The notes beneath the pieces were generated by a model, which saw only the letters and a program-made list of their open reading frames with translations, made no database searches and was not told the DNA's origin. A stretch of DNA of 59,601 nucleotides from a virus (taxonomy: Duplodnaviria > Heunggongvirae > Uroviricota > Caudoviricetes): IMG/VR virus record IMGVR_UViG_3300028577_000006; one strand, 5' to 3'. Below are positions 46,247-53,471 of the stretch, piece after piece. The position numbers and the translations under genes were made by a program. Each line of letters begins with the position of its first letter. Position 1 is the first letter of the stretch.

Positions 46247-46644
46247 CACGGCCTCCCCAGCTGGCTCGCAGCTGCATCCAGACAGTCGGCACGATCCAGA
46301 AGCGTGAAGCGCGCCTGATCTTGAAGGCGCTCGGCACATTCGCGAAAGGCCGATGCGCGTGCGCGCAGAGCCACGCGCATCGTCTCGATGCCCTGCGTCC
46401 TGCCTTGCTGCCGGAGAGCTTCGACCGCGTCCACGACATCGTCGATCGGCGTCGCCGTCCGCGTGATGCTGCCGTAGGTACCGGCACCGGCTGCAAGCCG
46501 CGCGATCACCGAGAGCACGTTCGAGACCATGTGCATGCCGCCGTCGCGACGGCCACGCTTCTCGGCTGCCTCTATCTCGGCAGCGAACTCGGCGGCAATC
46601 TTCAGGCCCTCTTCATACAGACGGGGCGCAGGAACACTGGTCAT
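46246..46644 (-). CDS. hypothetical protein
   Basis: 132 aa; its first 13 codons are duplicated at 47479-47518. Confidence 0.55.
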   Translation of the reverse strand: MTSVPAPRLYEEGLKIAAEFAAEIEAAEKRGRRDGGMHMVSNVLSVIARLAAGAGTYGSITRTATPIDDVVDAVEALRQQGRTQGIETMRVALRARASAFRECAERLQDQARFTLLDRADCLDAAASQLGRP

Positions 46645-46842
46645 GAGTTTTTCTCCGATGCCTTCTCGACCTCGACCAGCGCCATGATGCGCTCTTCGAG
46701 CGCGCCAAGCGGGAAGCCGGCCGCCCGCGCCGCGGTGATGCCGAGCAACACGCTCTTCGCTTCACGCGCTACATCGTTTCTGCGGTGCGTCATCGGCAGC
46801 CAGCGCTCGTGCCACTCCGGGATGCGCGTAAGCAGCCTCTCG
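46605..46842. repeat. 238-bp direct repeat, copy 1
   Basis: Identical to 47479-47716 except one A/G. Confidence 0.95.
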
Positions 46843-46885
46843 GGGGGCGCTACCGGATCGCGTGGGGCGATCGTATAGTTGCTGG

Positions 46886-47449
46886 GTGGACGTCGCCCTC
46901 CCGACCACGTGCGAGCCTCCGAAGCCGGTCGATCTCCTAGAGGAGATGACGCCAGCGGCTTGGGCGACGTACTACCGTTCGGTCTGGGATGCGCGCCTGG
47001 ACATGACGCTGGCCACCGAATACTTCGGTCGCGCTTCGCGGTACATGGGTGGCGCCGAGACGTTCCTTCAATGGATCGTGACGCTTGGTTCGGCCGGCGC
47101 GGTCGCTTCATTGGTTGCTCACGCAACGCTTCCGGCCGGGATCGTCGCTGGTCTCGCGGCGAGCTGTTCGGCGGCGATCCAGGTGATGCAGCTGAAGTCG
47201 CGTGCCGCCAACGTTGCGATGATCGCGGAGGCGGCTGCGGCTCGCGCGGCTTACTGGAACGAAGCGTTCGTGATGGTTCGAGACGGTAAGTACCTCGGAC
47301 CGTTCTCGAAGCTTCACGAGCCGGATCGCGCGATCGCGAGCGCAGCCCTCGCGCAGCGAGTTCCCGACGTTGCATGGGTTCAGCGGCGAATCATGAACGC
47401 GATCACGAAGACCGACTCGATCGTCCTCGAAACGCGCTCGACGACGTGA
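46886..47449 (+). CDS. 2-TM protein, SLATT-like
   Basis: Helix-TM-TM-helix layout (LQWIVTLGSAGAVASL / AGIVAGLAASCSAAIQV); opposite strand to the surrounding operon; TATAGT(46874-46879) lies 6 nt before GTG 46886. Confidence 0.6.
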   Translation: MDVALPTTCEPPKPVDLLEEMTPAAWATYYRSVWDARLDMTLATEYFGRASRYMGGAETFLQWIVTLGSAGAVASLVAHATLPAGIVAGLAASCSAAIQVMQLKSRAANVAMIAEAAAARAAYWNEAFVMVRDGKYLGPFSKLHEPDRAIASAALAQRVPDVAWVQRRIMNAITKTDSIVLETRSTT

Positions 47450-47478
47450 GCGGCGATAAGCGTCCACCGCCCCGTCCG

Positions 47479-47716
47479 GGCCCTCTTCATACAGACGGGG
47501 CGCAGGAACACTGGTCATGAGTTTTTCTCCGATGCCTTCTCGACCTCGACCAGCGCCATGATGCGCTCTTCGAGCGCGCCAAGCGGGAAGCCGGCCGCCC
47601 GCGCCGCGGTGATGCCGAGCAACACGCTCTTCGCTTCACGCGCTACGTCGTTTCTGCGGTGCGTCATCGGCAGCCAGCGCTCGTGCCACTCCGGGATGCG
47701 CGTAAGCAGCCTCTCG
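47479..47716. repeat. 238-bp direct repeat, copy 2
   Basis: 237/238 identical to 46605-46842. Confidence 0.95.
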
Positions 47717-48213
47717 TACGCCTCCACCCTGCTTCGGTAGTGGGGGTCAGCCTCGATGCGCTCGTTCATCACAGCAACACGGGCGCCGAACTCGCGAAGC
47801 GTGGCGGCGGCGAGCGATGCAATGTCCTTGTTCTCTTCGGCATCGTGCGCAGTCGTTTCGCCGCTGATCGCGTGCAGCAAGATGTCGAGCACTCGATCGT
47901 GCTCTTTCTTGAGCCTCGCGTACCTCTCATCGTCTTCTGCGTCCAGCTCCTTCAGCTCCTCCAACGAGCGACGGAAGCCCTCGTCCGCCTGGCGGGCCCA
48001 GTCGCGCGCGATGGACTGTACGATGCCCGAGAGCGGCATGGCGCCGCCCGTGCCGGATGCGTGGCCGTACCTGTCGAGCGCGTCGACCATCGCCTCGCGC
48101 TCCGCAAGCAGCGCCTTCACGAGAGCATCCTGCGCACACAATCGGTCGTTGACCGTTGCTGCCGCCTCGGTGCGTGCGACCAGGCGGCGGATCTCTTCGT
48201 CGCCGTCACTCAC
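47515..48213 (-). CDS. hypothetical coiled-coil protein
   Basis: 232 aa; its C-terminal 66 codons are duplicated in repeat copy 1. Confidence 0.6.
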   Translation of the reverse strand: MSDGDEEIRRLVARTEAAATVNDRLCAQDALVKALLAEREAMVDALDRYGHASGTGGAMPLSGIVQSIARDWARQADEGFRRSLEELKELDAEDDERYARLKKEHDRVLDILLHAISGETTAHDAEENKDIASLAAATLREFGARVAVMNERIEADPHYRSRVEAYERLLTRIPEWHERWLPMTHRRNDVAREAKSVLLGITAARAAGFPLGALEERIMALVEVEKASEKNS

Positions 48214-48493
48214 TGTCGCCCCACGGCTCCTGATGGCCGATGAGAAACGGAATCCCGCTCTCGGCGCACGCGCACCCGTAGTCCGTCACGCCGCGATACT
48301 CGGCATCAAGCAGGTGGCACGTGCGCTCGCACTGCTCCGCACGATGCACCTCCGGCGCCGTGTGCACGTAGCGCCAGAAGAAGAAACCGCCGGCCACAAC
48401 CAGCCCCAGCAAGATCATCCAGAGCACGTTGTTCGCCCAGTAGGACCAGCCGCCGCGCGTAGCCGTCGCGTTCTCACTCTCGTCACGACTCAT
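48206..48493 (-). CDS. single-TM protein with Cys-rich C-terminus
   Basis: TM helix then CERTC...GCAC. Confidence 0.55.
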   Translation of the reverse strand: MSRDESENATATRGGWSYWANNVLWMILLGLVVAGGFFFWRYVHTAPEVHRAEQCERTCHLLDAEYRGVTDYGCACAESGIPFLIGHQEPWGDSE

Positions 48494-48518
48494 GCGACGG
48501 GCGTAGCATTTCGCGCCC

Positions 48519-48593
48519 TGTCGGACAAGTGCTTACGACACACTCTCGCGTCAAGCGAGGCGTGTGTGCATCGGCACCACGTGGGGGTAGAAT
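48519..48593. promoter_or_regulatory. divergent control region carrying both motifs and a TAGAAT -10
   Basis: TGTCGGACA 48519-48527; GCTTACGACACAC 48531-48543; TAGAAT 48588-48593. Confidence 0.55.
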
Positions 48594-48599
48594 GCACGC

Positions 48600-49022
48600 A
48601 TGGGCGTCGGTGCTGGAATCTTGTTCGTGGCGGAATCGACTGGGCGCGTGCTTCTCGCGCTACGGTGCCGCGACACGACCTTTCCTGGCACCTGGTGCGT
48701 CGTGGGCGGCATGGTCGAGCACGGCGAGACGCCGGTCGAGGCTGCTCTCCGCGAGGCCGAGGAAGAGGTTGGGTACACTGGCGACGTTGATCTGTACCGC
48801 GGGCACGTCTTCAAGTCGCCGACGTTCACGTACCACAACTTCGTCGGCTTCGTGCCCACGCAGTTCCGGCCGATCTTGAACGACGAGTCGCTCGAAGCCA
48901 CGTGGTTCGATCCACGAAGGCTGCCAGAGCCGCTTCATCCGGGAACCGAGGAGTTCCTGGTCTCGATCGACAAGGCGATGCGCCGGTCCGGCACGACGAT
49001 GCTCAAGCGTCGGAAGCGGTGA
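48600..49022 (+). CDS. Nudix hydrolase
   Basis: Nudix box GGMVEHGETPVEAALREAEEEVG; C-terminal LN.ES....W...LP.PLHP. Confidence 0.9.
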   Translation: MGVGAGILFVAESTGRVLLALRCRDTTFPGTWCVVGGMVEHGETPVEAALREAEEEVGYTGDVDLYRGHVFKSPTFTYHNFVGFVPTQFRPILNDESLEATWFDPRRLPEPLHPGTEEFLVSIDKAMRRSGTTMLKRRKR

Positions 49023-49323
49023 TTTTCTTCTTGTCGCGCGCAGCCTTGCGCCGAGCGGCCTCTTCAGCCTTTGCCGCGTCGGCGGCGGCCTGCTTCGCCT
49101 TCGCGGCGCCCAGACACCTCGCGCATGAAGGGTGCTCCGACTGTCCGCCCCACTCGGTCGTCCCGTAGCCCCATCCTTCAGGCCACTCGTGGACCGTGAA
49201 CGGCGCAGACATGCCGAACGGGATGTAGCTGATGTCCGTCTCGCCGCTCTCGAACATGAGAGTTGTGGTCGCGGGCTCGCCACACTCCGAGCAATGCACG
49301 CGGGCGCTGACGAAGAACTGCAT
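49003..49323 (-). CDS. hypothetical Zn-binding protein
   Basis: CSEC...CARC. Confidence 0.5.
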   Translation of the reverse strand: MQFFVSARVHCSECGEPATTTLMFESGETDISYIPFGMSAPFTVHEWPEGWGYGTTEWGGQSEHPSCARCLGAAKAKQAAADAAKAEEAARRKAARDKKKITASDA

Positions 49324-49325
49324 GG

Positions 49326-49613
49326 TCAGATCTCCGAGCAGGCGACGTAGCGGCGGCGTGGATCACGCTGCATCTCGTGCAACATGGTGCGCTCCGCTCC
49401 GTCGTCATCGTGGAACGTTAGTGACTGGAGGCGCGCGGTGCTCTCCGGGAGCGCCTCGACCTCGTGCCACGCATCATGCGGCTCGCCGCCGTACTGGTCG
49501 TCCAGAACGACGCGCTTGGCGTCCTCTGCGTCCACAGCGATGACCCAGTGGTCCGCGCCCTCGTCGACTCGAAACGCGAACAGCCCAGGACCGATCTCCG
49601 CTGCATGATCCAC
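49326..49613 (-). CDS. hypothetical protein
   Basis: GAGG RBS. Confidence 0.5.
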   Translation of the reverse strand: MDHAAEIGPGLFAFRVDEGADHWVIAVDAEDAKRVVLDDQYGGEPHDAWHEVEALPESTARLQSLTFHDDDGAERTMLHEMQRDPRRRYVACSEI

Positions 49614-49616
49614 ATC

Positions 49617-50183
49617 TCACCTCATTTCGTACAGATTCAGGACCGACGCCCATCCGCTCGGCAAGAGCGACGGGGCTTCCTCAAGCTCGGAACCGTACTT
49701 CACGACCATCTCCAGAAAGTACTTCGCGTGAAAGAAGGCCTCGACGATGGGGCGCGTGGCCTGAAGCCACTCCGCGTTAGAAGCGTGATCGAACTTCTTG
49801 TTCGTGCCCTCTTCGACGATCTGCACGAACCACGGGTTGAGCGGTCCCGAATGCAGCGCTGCGAGCGTGTTGAAGATCGTCAGCGTCTGGCTCTGAAGGC
49901 TGTAGACCTTGAAGCTCTGATGGTAGAAGCGGTAGATCGCGTCCTCGTAGTACCACTCCGCGCTCATCTGCGCGAGAAGCTCGCGGAGCTTCGGCAGAGC
50001 ACGCTTGATAGACGAAAGCAGTAGAGCGTTTTGCGCGCCGCGTCTATCAATGTATGAGACCGTCCAGTCCGGTCGATCGTCCGTGTTGTCGCAGAGCCCC
50101 GAATGCCCGTGCTCACGGATGCACGTCAGCTGCGGACAGGTGCCGTCGTTGTCGCCCAGGTACCGTCCACACAGCTGTTTCAT
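49617..50183 (-). CDS. conserved hypothetical protein
   Basis: YEDAIYRFYHQSFKVY.LQ..T...RPIVEAFFHAKYFLEM...PS.L..GWA.VL.LY. Confidence 0.65.
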   Translation of the reverse strand: MKQLCGRYLGDNDGTCPQLTCIREHGHSGLCDNTDDRPDWTVSYIDRRGAQNALLLSSIKRALPKLRELLAQMSAEWYYEDAIYRFYHQSFKVYSLQSQTLTIFNTLAALHSGPLNPWFVQIVEEGTNKKFDHASNAEWLQATRPIVEAFFHAKYFLEMVVKYGSELEEAPSLLPSGWASVLNLYEMR

Positions 50184-50392
50184 GCGCTTCGGGCCACGTT
50201 CCAGAGGCGCTCGCCGCGTTCGGTGCGTGCGAGTTCACGGATGCTTGGATCACGTGCATCGACTGCGATGCGGCTGACCTCGGCGTTGGGGAGACTGCGA
50301 AGCCACTGGGCGATGGTGATGTCGCTCTTGGCGACCTTGTCGACGATGACGCGGGTCATAAGGCCGACTGTGGTAGCACAGGAAAACGTCAC
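50180..50392 (-). CDS. small hypothetical protein
   Basis: GTGA/ATGA overlaps. Confidence 0.4.
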   Translation of the reverse strand: MTFSCATTVGLMTRVIVDKVAKSDITIAQWLRSLPNAEVSRIAVDARDPSIRELARTERGERLWNVARSA

Positions 50393-51009
50393 GGCACGTC
50401 TTCGACCTTGTACTGCTTCTGGGCTTCCGCGATTTGTTCTGCGAACACGGACAGCACGCGCGCTCGGCGCACGGAAAGCTCATCGTGTGCGGCTTCCAGG
50501 CGCTCCTGCATCTCGACTGGCGCGGAGCCGCCGAGCCGCTCGATCGCAGCGATCTTCTCGCGAGCGTCCTTGATCGCGTGGGCTGCTTCGATGAAGCACA
50601 CCTTCGCCATTCGAGCGCGGGATGCTTGCCACCAGAGAGCCATCTCTTTCGTCATGTCGAAGGCGCTGCCGGCGGCGCTGCGATATCCTGGCGATTGTTG
50701 CTGCTGCTTGGCCGTCTGTTCGGCTTCCAGGCCTTCGCAGATCTCAGCGAGCAAGCGCGCGCCGCGCTCGGCAAGATCCTCGGCAGAACCGTAGGACGCG
50801 TAGCTCCTGCTGCCGCTGCCAAGCGTCATGCGATAGGGCACCGAGACGCGGCCAACGATCGTGCAGTTCTTGCTGTCCTCGCCGAGGATGACGTGACGAT
50901 CATCGCCACGCCCCGACTGCTGCCCGATGTAGATGCCAGCGGCGCCGCTGTGGTAGCCGTCGCCGTCCACCACGTCGCCGATCGTGGGCATGTACTTCTC
51001 TTCGCTCAT
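50389..51009 (-). CDS. hypothetical protein
   Basis: 206 aa, ATGA overlap. Confidence 0.6.
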   Translation of the reverse strand: MSEEKYMPTIGDVVDGDGYHSGAAGIYIGQQSGRGDDRHVILGEDSKNCTIVGRVSVPYRMTLGSGSRSYASYGSAEDLAERGARLLAEICEGLEAEQTAKQQQQSPGYRSAAGSAFDMTKEMALWWQASRARMAKVCFIEAAHAIKDAREKIAAIERLGGSAPVEMQERLEAAHDELSVRRARVLSVFAEQIAEAQKQYKVEDVP

Positions 51010-51386
51010 GTCGTCGGACCTTTCGGATGGACCTCAGGGTTCTTCGGGATCTGCGACTGCGCTTCGGACTGCGAGAGGAACGCAAGCGCGGCAACCTCGG
51101 GCGGCGGATCGCCGTCGTGATCTTCGCCCCACACGTGTCCGCAGTTCAGGTCTTCATCAGGCCACTCGTCACGGCCTGCGAGCTTGTCCACAAGCAGCTG
51201 GAAGATGTGCTCGCACCGCACACAGCGCTTGTACACGTCCACGGTGCCCTCGAAGACCGCCGTGACGTACACGTAGCGATGGCCCCGCTCGATCGTCTCC
51301 TTGCACGCACAGCATCTGTGCTCCTTGCGCGCCTTGCGCTCGGTGCGCGTGTACGCAGCATAGTGCTCGTCGACCGAGTGGCTCAT
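51006..51386 (-). CDS. conserved phage Zn-binding protein
   Basis: ARKEHRCCACKETI..G..Y....V.EG...YKRCVRC. Confidence 0.65.
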   Translation of the reverse strand: MSHSVDEHYAAYTRTERKARKEHRCCACKETIERGHRYVYVTAVFEGTVDVYKRCVRCEHIFQLLVDKLAGRDEWPDEDLNCGHVWGEDHDGDPPPEVAALAFLSQSEAQSQIPKNPEVHPKGPTT

Positions 51387-51922
51387 CAGCTTGCGCTCCT
51401 GGTCTCTTCGGCGGCCAGCTGCTTGAGGTACGCCTGCACGGCAGGGATGCAGACGTCGCGTACCTGGCGCATGCAGCCGGAGTCGGTCCTCTTGATCAGA
51501 TTCCACCACTCGTCACAATGCCCCGCGAGGGGGCTTGGGCGCTGCCCCTCCGCGACCTCGTTCCAGTCGCCGACGTCCTCGATCTCCCACCGCAGGAACT
51601 TCTCGTCCTCCGGATCGAGACACAGCGCATCGAGCTTTCGCAGATGCGCCTGCAATGTCTCTTCCTCGTCGGTCGTGTGCCAGCAATCTGCCGGCACCAT
51701 CTTGCCTGCGAGGTAGTCGGCGCCGGACGTGCGCACGAACTCGTGCATCGTCTGCCCGCCGCCGAGGCACTCCGGGTTCCAGCGGAAGCCCCACGTGCCG
51801 TCGTACTCGCGGATCACGAAGAGACCCAGCTCGTCATCGATGAGCGCGACCATCGAGTCGCCGTTAGGCAGCTTGAGGCAGTAGTGCGGCGTCGTGCCGG
51901 TGCGCGGCACACGATCAGTCAC
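51386..51922 (-). CDS. hypothetical protein
   Basis: GLFVIREYDGTWGF.W...DYLAGK; start approximate. Confidence 0.55.
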   Translation of the reverse strand: MTDRVPRTGTTPHYCLKLPNGDSMVALIDDELGLFVIREYDGTWGFRWNPECLGGGQTMHEFVRTSGADYLAGKMVPADCWHTTDEEETLQAHLRKLDALCLDPEDEKFLRWEIEDVGDWNEVAEGQRPSPLAGHCDEWWNLIKRTDSGCMRQVRDVCIPAVQAYLKQLAAEETRSAS

Positions 51923-52361
51923 AGCCGGGCTCGTTGAGGATGGCCCAGATACGCATGACCTTGTCGTCGGTGATTCTCTCGTCGAACCAACTGCCATCTT
52001 CGAACATCCTCTCGATACGATCGGCGACGTGATCAGCCCGCGGCGGCCACGAGGGCCAGCATTCGACGGAGTTCACTGGACCATCGACGACCGCCACGTC
52101 GGTGTGCGGCGACGGATCGAATCCTTCGGGCGCGCGATCGATACGGACGTCGAGCTTGCCAGACTTCTCGACGTGTTCGACCACCCACACTGCGTCCGTG
52201 CCGCGCCCGTACGTGACCGTGAAAACATCCTTGGTCGGATGCAGCACGACGAACATGGACTCATTTCCACCAGGAAACTCGTCCGACACGATTTCCGCCC
52301 TGCTGCCGGTGCCGTTGATCTCGATGAGATCGTCGCCGTGGCCGTAGATCTTGACGCTCAT
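51915..52361 (-). CDS. hypothetical protein
   Basis: VKIYGHGDDLIEING N-terminus seen in phage proteins. Confidence 0.6.
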   Translation of the reverse strand: MSVKIYGHGDDLIEINGTGSRAEIVSDEFPGGNESMFVVLHPTKDVFTVTYGRGTDAVWVVEHVEKSGKLDVRIDRAPEGFDPSPHTDVAVVDGPVNSVECWPSWPPRADHVADRIERMFEDGSWFDERITDDKVMRIWAILNEPGCD

Positions 52362-52864
52362 GGACGCCGCGCCTCCAGGCCGAGCTTGGCCTGATGCGCG
52401 TAGCCGGCGTCACCGTCGAGCCGCACCGGGCCGCTCGGTAGAATCGCATAGAGCGGCACCCCAAGATGCGCAGCGTCGTGATGTGCCTGTGCGCCGCCTC
52501 GAAGCGGCAAGTACGGCACGCCACGCAGCGGTCCTTCCCACGGCTCCTTGCCGACGCTGTTGCTCGTGACGGTGCGCGAAAACGGAGCGGCCACGAGAAT
52601 CTGCTCCAGGTGCATATAGACGAGGCGACAGACAACTTCGTACTCGCCCCAGTCGCCATCCCTGCGCAGCGTGTTCCAGACGAACTCCAAGCGCGGCACG
52701 GGCAACGCCGGCTCGTCGGCACACTTCGTATGCCGCCACCAGCCATTACGGCTACACTCAAGCTCGTCTTCGAGACGTTCGATCTGCTTTTCCAGTTCGG
52801 CAACACGAGCATCGCGTGCAACGATGATCTTGTTCAGCTGGTCAGCGACACTCGGCTCTTCCAT
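52358..52864 (-). CDS. hypothetical protein
   Basis: ATG 52864 follows the ncRNA cluster. Confidence 0.55.
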   Translation of the reverse strand: MEEPSVADQLNKIIVARDARVAELEKQIERLEDELECSRNGWWRHTKCADEPALPVPRLEFVWNTLRRDGDWGEYEVVCRLVYMHLEQILVAAPFSRTVTSNSVGKEPWEGPLRGVPYLPLRGGAQAHHDAAHLGVPLYAILPSGPVRLDGDAGYAHQAKLGLEARRP

Positions 52865-52886
52865 CTGCGCCCCCACGATAGACAGT

Positions 52887-52942
52887 CTCGGAACGGCACC
52901 GCGGCCCGCGGGGGGACACGGGTATGCAGGTGCCGTTCCGAG
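52887..52942 (-). ncRNA. long hairpin at the 3' end of the ncRNA cluster
   Basis: 14-bp perfect stem CTCGGAACGGCACC/GGTGCCGTTCCGAG extended by CCCGTG/CGCGGG. Confidence 0.6.
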
Positions 52943-52947
52943 GCTGA

Positions 52948-53027
52948 GGAGGCTGCACGGGAGTCGAACCCGCCTTGTGCCCGTCACGGTCTACCGTGCT
53001 CCGGGGCGTGCCCACGCACGCTGCCTC
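52948..53027 (-). ncRNA. tRNA-like RNA lacking a 7-nt anticodon loop
   Basis: Acceptor GAGGCAGC/GCAGCCTC (one A.A mismatch); D-like GCGT-GGGC-ACGC; extended stem CCCG..CACGG-TAGA-CCGTG.CGGG; T arm GCGGG-TTCGACT-CCCGT. Confidence 0.65.
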
Positions 53028-53033
53028 ATAGGC

Positions 53034-53066
53034 GGCCGAAGTGAGAGTAACCTTCTCACCCCGGCC
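53034..53066 (-). ncRNA. 13-bp hairpin
   Basis: GGCCGGGGTGAGA-AGGTTAC-TCTCACTTCGGCC; two G.U pairs form only on the minus strand. Confidence 0.55.
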
Positions 53067-53138
53067 TAGTCGGTTATCAAAAGGCCCGCTCTTGCAAGCA
53101 GATTTTGAATGCATTAGCGCTACCCACGCCCGGCATTG

Positions 53139-53238
53139 GGCACCCTTAGATCTGAGTTCCGGCGCTCTGCTGCTGAGCTACCCCTCGGTAGAGTCGAGGA
53201 GATCGGATTTGCACCGATGCCTCCGGATGGTGAGTGCC
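53139..53238 (-). ncRNA. circularly permuted tRNA-like RNA (YrlA/Y-RNA-like), unit 2
   Basis: TCCGG-AGGC-[T arm ATCGG-TGCAAAT-CCGAT]-[acceptor CTCCTCG-ACTCTAC-CGAGGGG]-TA-[D arm GCTC-AGCAGCA-GAGC]-G-CCGGA, closed by GGCACTC/GGGTGCC. Confidence 0.8.
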
Positions 53239-53311
53239 GTGGTGATGGCGTATCGAGCAATGCGGTTCAGCTTGTCCACTAGAAGCTGAGTCTGAGGTAT
53301 TACCTTTATCC

Positions 53312-53396
53312 AGCGAACGCTTTGCCTCTGCTATTCGGCTACTCCCCGGTAGAATCGGGGAGGTTGGACTTGCACCAACAGATTTGGGCGTACGCC
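53312..53396 (-). ncRNA. circularly permuted tRNA-like RNA (YrlA/Y-RNA-like), unit 1
   Basis: GGCGTACGC...[T arm GTTGG-TGCAAGT-CCAAC]-[acceptor CTCCCCG-ATTCTAC-CGGGGAG]-TA-[D arm GCC-GAATAGCAGA-GGC]...GCGTTCGCT closing stem. Confidence 0.8.
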
Positions 53397-53471
53397 TTCT
53401 TGAGTTTGAGATTGGTGGACCTTGAACCGAGCCGGCACTAGTGCCGACCGGATCGCTTTGGTGAATGGGCG

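Noticed and set aside
52948-53027. tmRNA or tRNA-Sec
   Set aside because: No G3.U70 pair or ACCA end and no separated 5'/3' domains for tmRNA. No UCA anticodon loop or long variable arm for tRNA-Sec, despite the 8-bp acceptor.
53139-53396. Annotation as two ordinary tRNA genes
   Set aside because: The arm order is permuted (T arm before D arm), there is no anticodon loop, and the acceptor ends are joined by a 7-nt loop.
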